Assembly (NCBI GenBank): GCA_035342015.1
Contig: DAOQWI010000001.1
Location: forward strand, 270 to 64,269
From: Candidatus Ozemobacteraceae bacterium
GTDB lineage: Bacteria > Muiribacteriota > Ozemobacteria > Ozemobacterales > Ozemobacteraceae
Direction of reading: 5' to 3'
DNA length: 64,000 nucleotides
Notes under the pieces: generated by a model
Told to the model about the DNA's origin: nothing
Databases searched by the model: none
What the model saw: only the letters and a program-made list of their open reading frames with translations
Position numbers and translations under genes: made by a program
Part shown: positions 54,744 to 63,791 of the stretch, piece after piece
Numbering within the stretch: the first letter of the stretch is position 1
How the letters are laid out: every line of letters begins with the position of its first letter

Positions 54744-56387
54744 ATGACTTTCAGCAGAGTTTTTCACACAATCCGCCATCTGTTGCCAGTTCAGATATAT
54801 GGTCGGCCACTTTTTGCGCTGCGCCGTATGTTTTCTTCGTCCGGCAACCCGGGCCGTCTTTCGCAGCTTGCCGCCGAACTCAAAACCCGGCTGCTTCTGC
54901 AACCGCCAGAAAAACTCGAACTCAAGTTTCTCAACCGATCACATCAGTTTAAAACTTCAGAAATGCAGTGGCAGACGGGGCATTTCAGTGATCGCCCTGA
55001 AAAACTCTGGATTTATAATCTCAATTACTTTGCCTGGCTGCACGATGGCCAGACCGAAACCCATTCGCCTCAGAATCTTTTTCTGATCCTCGACTGGATT
55101 GAAAAAAACAATTCGCCAAGAGCTGAAACCTGGGAACCATACCCGCTTTCACGGCGGGTTACCGAATGGGTCAGATGGTGCCGTGAGCACCCCGCGCTCG
55201 ACGAAGATGCTGAAGACTGTATTGTCAGTTCGATTACCCTTCAGTGTCAGCGACTCAGAAACGATCTTGAATACCATATTCAGGCCAACCACCTTCTCGA
55301 AAACCTCAAGGCCCTTTTCGTCGCCACTGTTTTTCTGGCGGAGTATGAAGAGGGGGTTACCCCGGAAAGCGAGTCGTTGATCGAGTTCTGCATCGACGAA
55401 CTGGTTGAACAGATACGCCTGCAGATTATGCAGGACGGCGGGCACTTTGAGCGCAGCCCGATGTATCACGTCGAAATGCTGCATGCTGTCGAATCTGTAA
55501 GGGCCGCTAACCGCAAATTGCTTGAACTTGACGGTATCAGTCAGAATCTAAGCCGCAAGATTGCCAGAATGGCGATGCTCTGCGGCGACAGAATTCCGCT
55601 GATGCGCGACTGGCTTGCGGTTATGACTCACCCTGACGGAAAAATAGCGCAATTCAACGACTCGGCCCTCAAGACCGGCATCAGTCGAGACTGGAAAACC
55701 ATGAATTATCTTCTCGAACATTCAGGTTTTTTTGTGCGCCACACACCTGAATGCTATTTCGTGCTCAGCTGCGGCGATCCTTCGCCGACTTTTCAGCCCG
55801 GGCACAGCCATTGCGACATTCTTTCGTATGAACTGTCTCTAAATGGCGAACGTTGCATCGTTGATACCGGCTGTGGTTCATATCAGAATGCCGAGATCCG
55901 CTACGAATGCCGACGAACAGAAGCCCATAATCTTCCAATGATCGAGCATGCAGAGCAGTCAGACATCTGGGGCACTTTCAGAATAGGCAGAAGAGCGAGA
56001 GTCACTCATCGCAGCTATGACTCAGAGCATGGCATGCTCGTAGTTGAATTTATCGATCAATATGGCCAGCACTACCGCCGCGAGGTAATTTTCTTGCATC
56101 AACAGATCAAGATTCGCGACCGTCTGACGCAGCGACGGGTAACCGGAACTTTCATCTCACTTTTGCACCTTGCGCCGGGCGCGCTGGTTATCCCGGAGAA
56201 CCGCCCGTCAACGACCAGTTTCAGTATTGGCAACAACGTATTGAGCGTCACCACAGAAGCTAATTTGCGCACGGCGCCATATATATGGTATCCAGCCTTT
56301 GGCAAACCGGTAAATTCTGAAAAATTAATTCTGAGTAATCCACAGGCCGAGGCTATTGATTATGTCATCTCCTGGCAGACCACTTAA
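54744..56387 (+). CDS. heparinase II/III-like (alginate-lyase superfamily) protein
   Basis: C-terminal motif GHSHCDILSYELSLNG (compare the family GHGHADALSFEL) and an N-terminal alpha-helical toroid region. It carries no signal peptide, so it is likely a cytoplasmic sugar-modifying homologue. Confidence 0.6.
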   Translation: MTFSRVFHTIRHLLPVQIYGRPLFALRRMFSSSGNPGRLSQLAAELKTRLLLQPPEKLELKFLNRSHQFKTSEMQWQTGHFSDRPEKLWIYNLNYFAWLHDGQTETHSPQNLFLILDWIEKNNSPRAETWEPYPLSRRVTEWVRWCREHPALDEDAEDCIVSSITLQCQRLRNDLEYHIQANHLLENLKALFVATVFLAEYEEGVTPESESLIEFCIDELVEQIRLQIMQDGGHFERSPMYHVEMLHAVESVRAANRKLLELDGISQNLSRKIARMAMLCGDRIPLMRDWLAVMTHPDGKIAQFNDSALKTGISRDWKTMNYLLEHSGFFVRHTPECYFVLSCGDPSPTFQPGHSHCDILSYELSLNGERCIVDTGCGSYQNAEIRYECRRTEAHNLPMIEHAEQSDIWGTFRIGRRARVTHRSYDSEHGMLVVEFIDQYGQHYRREVIFLHQQIKIRDRLTQRRVTGTFISLLHLAPGALVIPENRPSTTSFSIGNNVLSVTTEANLRTAPYIWYPAFGKPVNSEKLILSNPQAEAIDYVISWQTT

Positions 56388-57576
56388 AGTTCTTATCATT
56401 ACACAGTTCTACTACCCAGATGTCACTGCCTGCGCTTTCAGAATGCAGGAAACAGCCTCCCTGCTTGCCAAAATGGGCTGCGAAGTGCATGTAATCGCAG
56501 GTGAACCCCACAAGGGCCAGATTGGTGGGCAGAGAATCGATGATGGCAGCATAAAGGTCAGCCGGGTGCCACTGATCAAATATGAAGGCCGGGGCAAATG
56601 GAACTACATCGCCCATTACCTGTCGTTCATGTTTGGGGCGATCAAGGCCGCAGGCAGACACAAAGGGCGTTTCGACATTATCTGGGCTTCAAGCCCGCCG
56701 CTTTTTACCGGCATTTCAGGTCTGGTTACCGCCTGGTTTAAAAGAACCCCTCTGTGCCTCGACATTCGCGACATCTGGCCAGAATCGGCGGTGGTTGCCG
56801 GTCAGATCAAAGAGGGCAGTTTTCTCTTCAGGGCGGCAAAGGTAATCGAATACCTTCTCTACCGGGCTGCAAACCAGATTACCTGCGTCGCCGGGCCCAT
56901 GGCAGACTATATCAGCCGTGTTTCGGGCGGGCGACGCCCTGAGATTATCTACAACGCGATTCCGGGCACAATGGTTGCCGACGGTGCCATGCCGGTAGAC
57001 CCAGAACCAAAGCCGATGACTGTTCTTTACATTGGAAACATGGGTTACTGCCAGAACCTCGGCCTGGTGGTCGAAGCTGCGCGTGAGCTGGCGGCGGCAG
57101 GAGAGACCAGAATCAGATTTCAGCTGGTCGGCGGTGGCATCGAAAAGCCTCTGATAGAAAAGGCTGTCAAAGATGCCGGGTTGAGCAACATAGAAATACT
57201 CGGACTGGTTTCGAAAGAGCGGGCCATCGAAATGATCCGCAATGCCCATGCTCTGATGCTGCATCTCAAAGATGACGGCACCATGGACAAAACCATTCCG
57301 TCAAAGGTTTTTGACTATATGGCCGGCGGCAGGCCGATTCTTTATGGCCTTAAGGGCGAAGCCAGCGATATTCTCGGTTCGATTCGCGGCAATCTTTATT
57401 ATGACCCGGCTGACCCGTCGCAACTGGCCAATCGTTGCCTCGAACTGCTGAAAAATTACCAGGAACTGGCTTCAGCAGCCACAGAAAATCTCAGAGTGGT
57501 CAGGCAACGTTTTCTGCGCGAAGTAATGACCAGCAAGCTGCTCAAAATTTTTAAAAATCTTTCTCAGCCCTCTTGA
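56362..57576 (+). CDS. GT4-family glycosyltransferase (WbuB-like)
   Basis: N-terminus LKVLIITQFYYPDVTACAFRMQE and the C-terminal GT4 region ...KVFDYMAGGRPILYG. The ATG at 56362 overlaps the upstream gene by 26 nt. Confidence 0.8.
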   Translation: MSSPGRPLKVLIITQFYYPDVTACAFRMQETASLLAKMGCEVHVIAGEPHKGQIGGQRIDDGSIKVSRVPLIKYEGRGKWNYIAHYLSFMFGAIKAAGRHKGRFDIIWASSPPLFTGISGLVTAWFKRTPLCLDIRDIWPESAVVAGQIKEGSFLFRAAKVIEYLLYRAANQITCVAGPMADYISRVSGGRRPEIIYNAIPGTMVADGAMPVDPEPKPMTVLYIGNMGYCQNLGLVVEAARELAAAGETRIRFQLVGGGIEKPLIEKAVKDAGLSNIEILGLVSKERAIEMIRNAHALMLHLKDDGTMDKTIPSKVFDYMAGGRPILYGLKGEASDILGSIRGNLYYDPADPSQLANRCLELLKNYQELASAATENLRVVRQRFLREVMTSKLLKIFKNLSQPS

Positions 57577-57708
57577 TTAGTAGGTTTTGCGGTGCTATCC
57601 TCAACCCCATTCCCGACGCAAAATCTGCGGTCGGGAAAATCTGCAGAAAGAGGAGTATTCGCTGTCGAACGGCTGACCAAAGCTCGAAATCGGGCGAACA
57701 ATTGTCGT

Positions 57709-58092
57709 ATGTTGCTTGTAAAAACTGTGGTAAAAAATTCAAATATTGAAGGTCTCGGTCTTTTCGCTGCTGCAGATATGCCGGCTGACACTCAGGTGTG
57801 GGCATATCATCAGGATTTTGACAAAGTTCTCACTGAAGACAAGCTTGAAGAAATGCCTGAATGGCAGAAGGATTTTTTCCGCAGATATTGCTTTTCCAGC
57901 GGCGATCTTCTCTATTACTGCATCGATGATGCGCGCTTCATGAACCATTCTAAAAAGCCCAATCTTGTTGACAAACCCGAAGGCACCTTTACCGCCCGCC
58001 CGATTAAAGCAGGCGAAGAACTGGTATGCGACTATGCCGGCATGGGTCACACCGAAAAAGACCTGGCATTCAACACCGGCTGGTTCGGCTGA
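57709..58092 (+). CDS. bacterial SET-domain protein (putative lysine methyltransferase)
   Basis: IEGLGLFAAADMPADTQVW...RFMNHSKKPNL...GEELVCDYAG corresponds to the SET motifs GxG-FA, NHSCxPN and ELxxDY. The ATG at 57709 is preferred; the track's GTG at 57592 would add about 39 aa with no SD. Confidence 0.6.
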   Translation: MLLVKTVVKNSNIEGLGLFAAADMPADTQVWAYHQDFDKVLTEDKLEEMPEWQKDFFRRYCFSSGDLLYYCIDDARFMNHSKKPNLVDKPEGTFTARPIKAGEELVCDYAGMGHTEKDLAFNTGWFG

Positions 58093-58144
58093 GTCAGCTT
58101 CGCGGTTGCCAGCCATTATGGCCTCGGCTGAGCTGCCCGCGAGA

Positions 58145-58192
58145 CAAAAATAAACCGGCCTGCAGAACTAATCTGCAGGCCGGTTGTTTTTC
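58145..58192. terminator. bidirectional intrinsic terminator between SET gene (+) and TolC-like gene (-)
   Basis: AAAAATAA-ACCGGCCTGCAG-aactaat-CTGCAGGCCGGT-TGTTTTT: an 11-bp perfect stem with an A-tract and a T-tract on the flanks. Confidence 0.75.
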
Positions 58193-58197
58193 AACAG

Positions 58198-60675
58198 TTA
58201 CTTATCTGAAGTTTCGCCGCCATCATAAAGAATTTCTTCGCTGACCGCAGGTTCAATTTTGATACCGGCCGGGGCTTTTCTCTGCATGGGCTTGAAATTG
58301 CCATTTGCATCGTAGAAAGCGGCAAGCCGGTCATACCATTTGCTGTTGCTTTCGTGGTTGAGAATGAAGTCAAAAGTTCCGACCGCACGGCAAACCCTGA
58401 CAAAATCACTCAAAAAGGCAAACACCGCATTTGCCGAGGCTTCGCGGGAAACCAGAGAAGCATTCTGAGCATCAATCAGGTCGAGAATGTTTACAGCGCC
58501 TCTTGAATAAGCATTTCTGACCAGTTCAAGTGTTTTTGATGCATACTCAGCGCGGGTCTTTGCAAGAGCGATGCTTGAAAAAGAAGCGCGGGCATCTTCG
58601 AGAGAAGCGCGGGTATTCAACTCAAGACGCTGCATAAGATATTCTTTTTCGGCTGCAAGCTTTTTAATATTGGCTTCTGCCTCTTTGATGGCAGCTTTGC
58701 GATCGCCACCCTCATGCAGAGGAATAGAAATATTCAGACCCACGTGCCAGTCGTTTTTGTCAGGGTAATTGAAAACGCTGTTGAATGGTGCAGGCATGGC
58801 AGGCTTGACCGCGCCGATACCCGATTCCCTGACGGTTCGACTGAAATTGCTCTGTAAAGCGACCGTCGGGTGACTGTAACGATTTTTCGCAGACTTTTTC
58901 GAGCGGTCCATGGCTTCGATGCCGCGACTGATCTGCTGAATTTCGGGTGAGAACACAAAGGTATCACCGACCAGAAAGTCACGAAACAGTCTATAACCCA
59001 TCTGGTTATCGATGTATGGCGCCACTTTTTCGTAATCGAGAAAGAACACTTCAGAGAAAATATCGCAGTCGGCAGTGGTGAATTCCTCTTCCTGGGAGGC
59101 TGCGAGCACCTGATTGAGAGCCATTTCAGCCTTACGGCGCATGGCGGTTGCGTCGATCAAAGCCTGTCTGGCCCCAGCCATCTGGATTTCCCAGCGATAG
59201 ACTTCGGCCGGCCCCGAGGTTCCGACCTGCTCTCTGAATCTCGCGATTTCGAGATTAGCCCTGGTAACCTCAAGGTTGTCACGCTGAATATTCTGCAAAG
59301 TTCTGGTTTTGAGAACATTGAGATAGGCAATGGCAGCGTCTTTGATGATATCGAGCATCAACGCCCTTTCCTCTTCGCGGCGAGCGCTCTGAAAAAGCTT
59401 CTGAATGTCAATATTGGCACGGGCCTGCTCACTGTATAAAACCAGCATCAGATCGGCACCAATCTGGGTTGCATGTTGAGCCGGTGTCATAATGCTTTCG
59501 GCCCGGTCTTCATCGAGCATTGTCTGGCGGCCAAAAGCACTGATTTTCGGCCGCAGATTCGACTTCGCCCGGTCAACGGTCTGCTCACCGGCCGCCAGTT
59601 CCTGTTTTTTGGCCATCAGCTGCAGGTTGCGCAACAGTGCGGTTTCGATGACCTGAGTGATCGAGAGTTTTCTTTCGATATTATCGGGTTCTTCGTTGAG
59701 CAGAACCGCATCGGTCATCTGGCTCCAGGTCGGGTAGACGCCGATTTCGCGGGCGGTCTGCATATTGATCGTCAGGCGTTCGGTGTGCGAAAAATCAACC
59801 TGAAAAGTCGCAGGGTCGTCATGCATCAACAGTCGCTGAAAATTCAGAGCAATACGTCTGGCGAGCTTCTGAGTATCGATTTCCATGGCAATACTGCAGA
59901 GAACGCCACTTTCAACCGGGGCTCTGCCGATCATGGCCATGCTGGGAACCTTCATCGCATTGATTCTACCGATCAGCTGTTTCTGTTGCTCAAGCGGCAT
60001 GTCGAGCATCGGGGCAACATAAACAGCCTCGGCGTCAGCAAGTTTTGCCACAGCTTCGGCAAGATTGCTGCCAACCGGGATAACCACAAGTTTCACGCCA
60101 CGTTCTTCAGCCTGTTTCCGCAGGTATTCAGGTAAACCCGCGATGCCATCGAGCATGTATGAGCTGATAAGCAGATGCATACGCGAAAAGCTGCGAATTT
60201 CCTGAAAGCGGTCGATATGTCGGCCAATATCGATGCCGGCATCGATGTAAGTCAGATTGGGCGTGCCGCTTGTACCATCAATCTTTTTAAGGCCCTGCAT
60301 GGCAGCGTTAATGACGTGAGCAGCCAAAACCGGTTTTTTCAGGTTCTCATTTGCAGCAGCTATCTGTGAAGCAACCGGACCGACAGCAAGAATGGCATCG
60401 GCATCTGGTGCTTCAAGCAATGTTGCAAATTTTTGCCGTATCGTAGAATTATTCCAGTTGCCATCGTGAATGTTTTTTTCGACAAAATTGATCTGATCGC
60501 CCTCCGGAAGGAGCTTTCTGGTTTCTTCATCGATCATTTCGAGCAGAGTCGAAGAGTTCGGCGTATGGCCATCGATAACAACGCCAACATTGATCGTACG
60601 GGCAAAGGCTGCGTCAGAACAGAAAACAGCACCAAAAGATAAAACCAGTATGCCAAAAATTTTGAGAATTCTCAT
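58198..60675 (-). CDS. TolC-like outer-membrane efflux protein with an N-terminal ABC-transporter substrate-binding-like (pfam04392-type) domain
   Basis: Signal peptide MRILKIFGILVLSFGAVFCSDAAFA. Residues ~30-330 read INVGVVIDGH...LKKPVLAAHV...GVKLVVIPVGS...DFSHTERLTINMQTAREIGVYPTW (compare the family C-terminus ...tkfelviNlktAkalGl.iP). Residues ~340-825 are helical/beta OEP repeats (ITQVIETALLRNLQL..., LNQVLAA...). Confidence 0.6.
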   Translation of the reverse strand: MRILKIFGILVLSFGAVFCSDAAFARTINVGVVIDGHTPNSSTLLEMIDEETRKLLPEGDQINFVEKNIHDGNWNNSTIRQKFATLLEAPDADAILAVGPVASQIAAANENLKKPVLAAHVINAAMQGLKKIDGTSGTPNLTYIDAGIDIGRHIDRFQEIRSFSRMHLLISSYMLDGIAGLPEYLRKQAEERGVKLVVIPVGSNLAEAVAKLADAEAVYVAPMLDMPLEQQKQLIGRINAMKVPSMAMIGRAPVESGVLCSIAMEIDTQKLARRIALNFQRLLMHDDPATFQVDFSHTERLTINMQTAREIGVYPTWSQMTDAVLLNEEPDNIERKLSITQVIETALLRNLQLMAKKQELAAGEQTVDRAKSNLRPKISAFGRQTMLDEDRAESIMTPAQHATQIGADLMLVLYSEQARANIDIQKLFQSARREEERALMLDIIKDAAIAYLNVLKTRTLQNIQRDNLEVTRANLEIARFREQVGTSGPAEVYRWEIQMAGARQALIDATAMRRKAEMALNQVLAASQEEEFTTADCDIFSEVFFLDYEKVAPYIDNQMGYRLFRDFLVGDTFVFSPEIQQISRGIEAMDRSKKSAKNRYSHPTVALQSNFSRTVRESGIGAVKPAMPAPFNSVFNYPDKNDWHVGLNISIPLHEGGDRKAAIKEAEANIKKLAAEKEYLMQRLELNTRASLEDARASFSSIALAKTRAEYASKTLELVRNAYSRGAVNILDLIDAQNASLVSREASANAVFAFLSDFVRVCRAVGTFDFILNHESNSKWYDRLAAFYDANGNFKPMQRKAPAGIKIEPAVSEEILYDGGETSDK

Positions 60676-60860
60676 AATTCCTCCGGACTCAGTTTGGAAA
60701 AATGTTAACAGAGCTTCGTCTGAGAAACAACAATGGTAACCCTGAAACTATATTACAAAATAACACGCATAAACAAGTGCCCGTGGCAAAAAATTTGGCA
60801 GATCCGACAAGATTCTGCTATTTTGGCATCAAAATACCAGAATAGCAACGGAGCCCCAGA

Positions 60861-61283
60861 ATGAGCACATATCTCGGCATGTCTGAAGCGGTAAGTCTTG
60901 GAATTCATTCAATGCTGCTGCTGGCGAAAAATCCGGCCGAAGGTCTTAATCTTGTGACAATGGCAAATTCACTGAACGCTTCAGAAGCCCATCTGGCAAA
61001 AGTGATGCAGCGACTGCGCAAGAGCGGCATGATATCGGCTTTGCGTGGCCCGGGTGGCGGCTACAAACTTCTTTTTCCGCCAGAAAATATTTCTCTGCTG
61101 CAAATTTACGAAGCAATCGACGGGCCCTTTAAATTTGAAGAAAACCACTGCCGGTGTCCAGTTTCTCCGTGTAAAATAAATAAATTACTTCATGAAATGG
61201 CATGCCATTTTTTTGATTATCTGAAGAATAACACTCTCGCAAGCGTCATCAACGAATCACAGAAAGAGGTCAGACAAAAATGA
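60861..61283 (+). CDS. Rrf2-family transcriptional regulator (three-Cys, possibly Fe-S sensing)
   Basis: HTH and signature SLGIHSMLLLA...SGMISALRGPGGGYKL, with C-terminal cysteines C..C..x5..C (CRCPVSPC). Confidence 0.8.
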   Translation: MSTYLGMSEAVSLGIHSMLLLAKNPAEGLNLVTMANSLNASEAHLAKVMQRLRKSGMISALRGPGGGYKLLFPPENISLLQIYEAIDGPFKFEENHCRCPVSPCKINKLLHEMACHFFDYLKNNTLASVINESQKEVRQK

Positions 61284-61993
61284 AACTCATTCACAAGCTT
61301 GCATTTCTGGCGGGGGTTCCGCTTCTGGCTTTCTTCTGGCAAAGCTACGGCCAGATAAGCGTGGCGATGCAGGAAATCGAAAACTCTCGAAGAGTTCAGA
61401 AGACAGCCATATTTTTCAGAAACTGCTCCGAACTCACCCATCAGCTTCAAAAAGAACGTGGCTATTCGATTCTTTTTCTTAAAAAAGCTGCCGGAGAAGA
61501 AGAGGTCTCAGTACACCGACAGTCGAGCGATCAGCTGTTGAGCAGTCTGCTTCTCTCTGAAAAGGAAATGCAGTTGGTGTTCCGCGAATTGTCAGCCAAA
61601 ATAAGCAGTTTCAGAAGTCGAATTTCTGGCAGTTCAGACGTTGAATCCGTGGCGAGAGAATATAATGATGTAATAGGCTATCTTCTCGATCAGCAGAATG
61701 AATATTTCCGCAAATATGCCTCTTCATCTCAACTTGCTGGTCAGTTTATCTCTATCGTGACTCTTGAAGCCGCCAAAGAAAGCCTTGGTCAACTGCGAGC
61801 ACTTATTTCTGCAATTCTGCTCGATGACGAACCGATATCAGAAAGTATTTTTCAAAATCTTATAAATTTTCGAGCGATGTTTTCTGCCGGCATCACCTCA
61901 AGAATTCTGCAGCTCGAAAATTCTTCAGGTGAAAGTCTGAAGCAAATTGTTGAAGGAGCCGACTGGCAAAAAATCAATCGACAATCGGCCTGA
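61280..61993 (+). CDS. N-terminal fragment of a chemoreceptor: TM1 + NIT (nitrate/nitrite-sensing-type) periplasmic domain
   Basis: TM helix [15 protein letters not shown], then the NIT-like signature [16 protein letters not shown]. It ends at a TGA while the +1 frame stays open into the next ORF. Confidence 0.55.
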   Translation: MKLIHKLAFLAGVPLLAFFWQSYGQISVAMQEIENSRRVQKTAIFFRNCSELTHQLQKERGYSILFLKKAAGEEEVSVHRQSSDQLLSSLLLSEKEMQLVFRELSAKISSFRSRISGSSDVESVAREYNDVIGYLLDQQNEYFRKYASSSQLAGQFISIVTLEAAKESLGQLRALISAILLDDEPISESIFQNLINFRAMFSAGITSRILQLENSSGESLKQIVEGADWQKINRQSA

Positions 61994-62049
61994 TCTTTTC
62001 AAAGGCTTCTGCTGGCGGTTTTGCACAGAACGGTAAAGAATATTTCGCG

Positions 62050-63723
62050 ATGGTCACCGATCTTATCGAGAAAATGCAGGCTGTCATTCAATCTGAACTT
62101 GCTGCAACTGAGAAAAAGGCGATTTTCTCGACTTCTGAAGCGGTTACTCATATGAACTTTTCAATTTTTCTTATTCTCGCTGCAACTATTGTTTCCGGCC
62201 TGGTTTCAGTGCGACTGGCACGAAGCATCTCTGGCCCGGTCGGGCGGGTTGCGGCTCTGGCAGAAGCCGTCAGCCGCGGCGACCTTTCTCGCCGTCTGGG
62301 CATCGACTCTGCCGACGAAGTTGGCCGCATGGCAGGTGCTCTCGACTTCATGTCTGACGAACTTGAGCAGAAAGCCAGACAGGCTGAGAAAATTGCAGAC
62401 GGCGATCTGCGTGTCGAATTCAAGATTTCTTCATCAGATGATATTCTTGGCAATGCGATGCAAAAGATGGTAAGCGGCCTGAATGATCTTATCGAGAACA
62501 TCCGCGACGGCATAACCCTGCTCAATTCAATGTCAAGCCAGATTTCTGAGGCCAGCCAGTCGCTTTACGAGGGGGCGTCAGATTCAGCCGCCTCTCTCGA
62601 ACAGGTTTCGGCTTCGATGACCGAAATCGACTCGCGCACCAAAAACACCGCCCAGAATGCCGCCTCGGCTCTAGATATCGCTACCAGAACCAGAGAATCG
62701 GCAGTTACCGGCACGCAGAACATGAGTGAACTGATTCAGGCGGTCGACACCATCAGCGAATCAGGCAAACAGATCACCCGCATTTCGAAGATCATTGAAG
62801 ATATAGCGTTTCAGACGAATCTGCTGTCTTTGAATGCTGCGGTAGAAGCTGCAAGAGCCGGTAAACACGGAAAAGGCTTCGCAGTCGTCGCCGATGAAGT
62901 GCGCCGTCTGGCCGGCCGCAGCTCGTCAGCCGCCAAAGAAACGGCAGAGCTGATTACCAGTTCCATGACAAGCATCGAAATCGGCACCAAAATTGCTTCG
63001 ATGACTTCAGATTCTCTCGACAAGATCAAAAGCGGCGCTGAAGAAACCGCCAATCTGCTCAGTGAAATAGCTGCCGCCAGCCAGGAACAGGCGCATGGCA
63101 TTTCCCAGATAACCATCGGCATGAACCAGATTGACAAAGTCACCCAGAAAAACTCGGCGCATGCTGAGCAGACCGCCTCTGCGGCCGAAGAACTGGCGCA
63201 TCAGGTTCAACTGCTGGGTTCGGCGGTTAACCGTTTCAAGTCGGTTGAGGCAGCAAAGAAAACTTCTCTGCACATAGCCACCGGCGGGCGCGACTCAGAC
63301 CCACTCAAATTGACTGAAGCTCTGCTTACCGGGATTCCGCAGATAGACAAACAGCACCGAAAACTGGTTGCTCTCGCCAACGACCTGCATCACGCTCTTA
63401 AAGAGGGTAAGGCCCAGGAGGTAATGCAGCAGATTCTCGATGAGCTTGTCGATTACACCAAAAGTCACTTCAGCTTTGAAGAAGGCATGATGCGCAAATA
63501 CCGCTACCCGGAATACGATACTCATATTAAAGCACATCAGCAGCTGATCAAACAGCTCACCGACATTTTTGAGAATTTTCGCAATAAACGTGGCTGCATC
63601 GGCCTGGAAACCTTTGTTTTTCTCAAAGACTGGCTGGTCAACCATATTATGCGCACCGATAAAAAATATGTGCCGCACATTCAGGAACGGTCAGGCAAAG
63701 GTTTCGGCAGCGACCTGAGCTGA
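62050..63723 (+). CDS. methyl-accepting chemotaxis protein (TM2-HAMP-MCP signalling domain) with C-terminal hemerythrin-like domain; probably the downstream part of a frameshifted NIT-MCP gene
   Basis: TM helix [25 protein letters not shown] core [36 protein letters not shown]-terminal H..(x)..F..EE..M....YP....H...H hemerythrin pattern (HHALKEG...[27 protein letters not shown]). Confidence 0.75.
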   Translation: MVTDLIEKMQAVIQSELAATEKKAIFSTSEAVTHMNFSIFLILAATIVSGLVSVRLARSISGPVGRVAALAEAVSRGDLSRRLGIDSADEVGRMAGALDFMSDELEQKARQAEKIADGDLRVEFKISSSDDILGNAMQKMVSGLNDLIENIRDGITLLNSMSSQISEASQSLYEGASDSAASLEQVSASMTEIDSRTKNTAQNAASALDIATRTRESAVTGTQNMSELIQAVDTISESGKQITRISKIIEDIAFQTNLLSLNAAVEAARAGKHGKGFAVVADEVRRLAGRSSSAAKETAELITSSMTSIEIGTKIASMTSDSLDKIKSGAEETANLLSEIAAASQEQAHGISQITIGMNQIDKVTQKNSAHAEQTASAAEELAHQVQLLGSAVNRFKSVEAAKKTSLHIATGGRDSDPLKLTEALLTGIPQIDKQHRKLVALANDLHHALKEGKAQEVMQQILDELVDYTKSHFSFEEGMMRKYRYPEYDTHIKAHQQLIKQLTDIFENFRNKRGCIGLETFVFLKDWLVNHIMRTDKKYVPHIQERSGKGFGSDLS

Positions 63724-63734
63724 AACTTTCTGTC

Positions 63735-63763
63735 TTGACTGTCGGACTGCAGGGTAATATAAA
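63735..63763 (+). promoter_or_regulatory. sigma70-type promoter for tex
   Basis: TTGACT - 17 nt - TATAAA, about 28 nt upstream of the ATG at 63792, with a GAGG RBS. Confidence 0.5.
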
Positions 63764-63791
63764 TCAGACAAACACTCTGTGAGGTCTGAAA

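Noticed and set aside
60780-60830. TGGCAAAAAATTTGGCAGATCC upstream of the Rrf2 gene as a sigma54 promoter.
   Set aside because: A TTGC -12 element at the correct spacing is lacking. The region is more simply read as a sigma70-like TTGGCA-18-TATTTT. Left as a note only.
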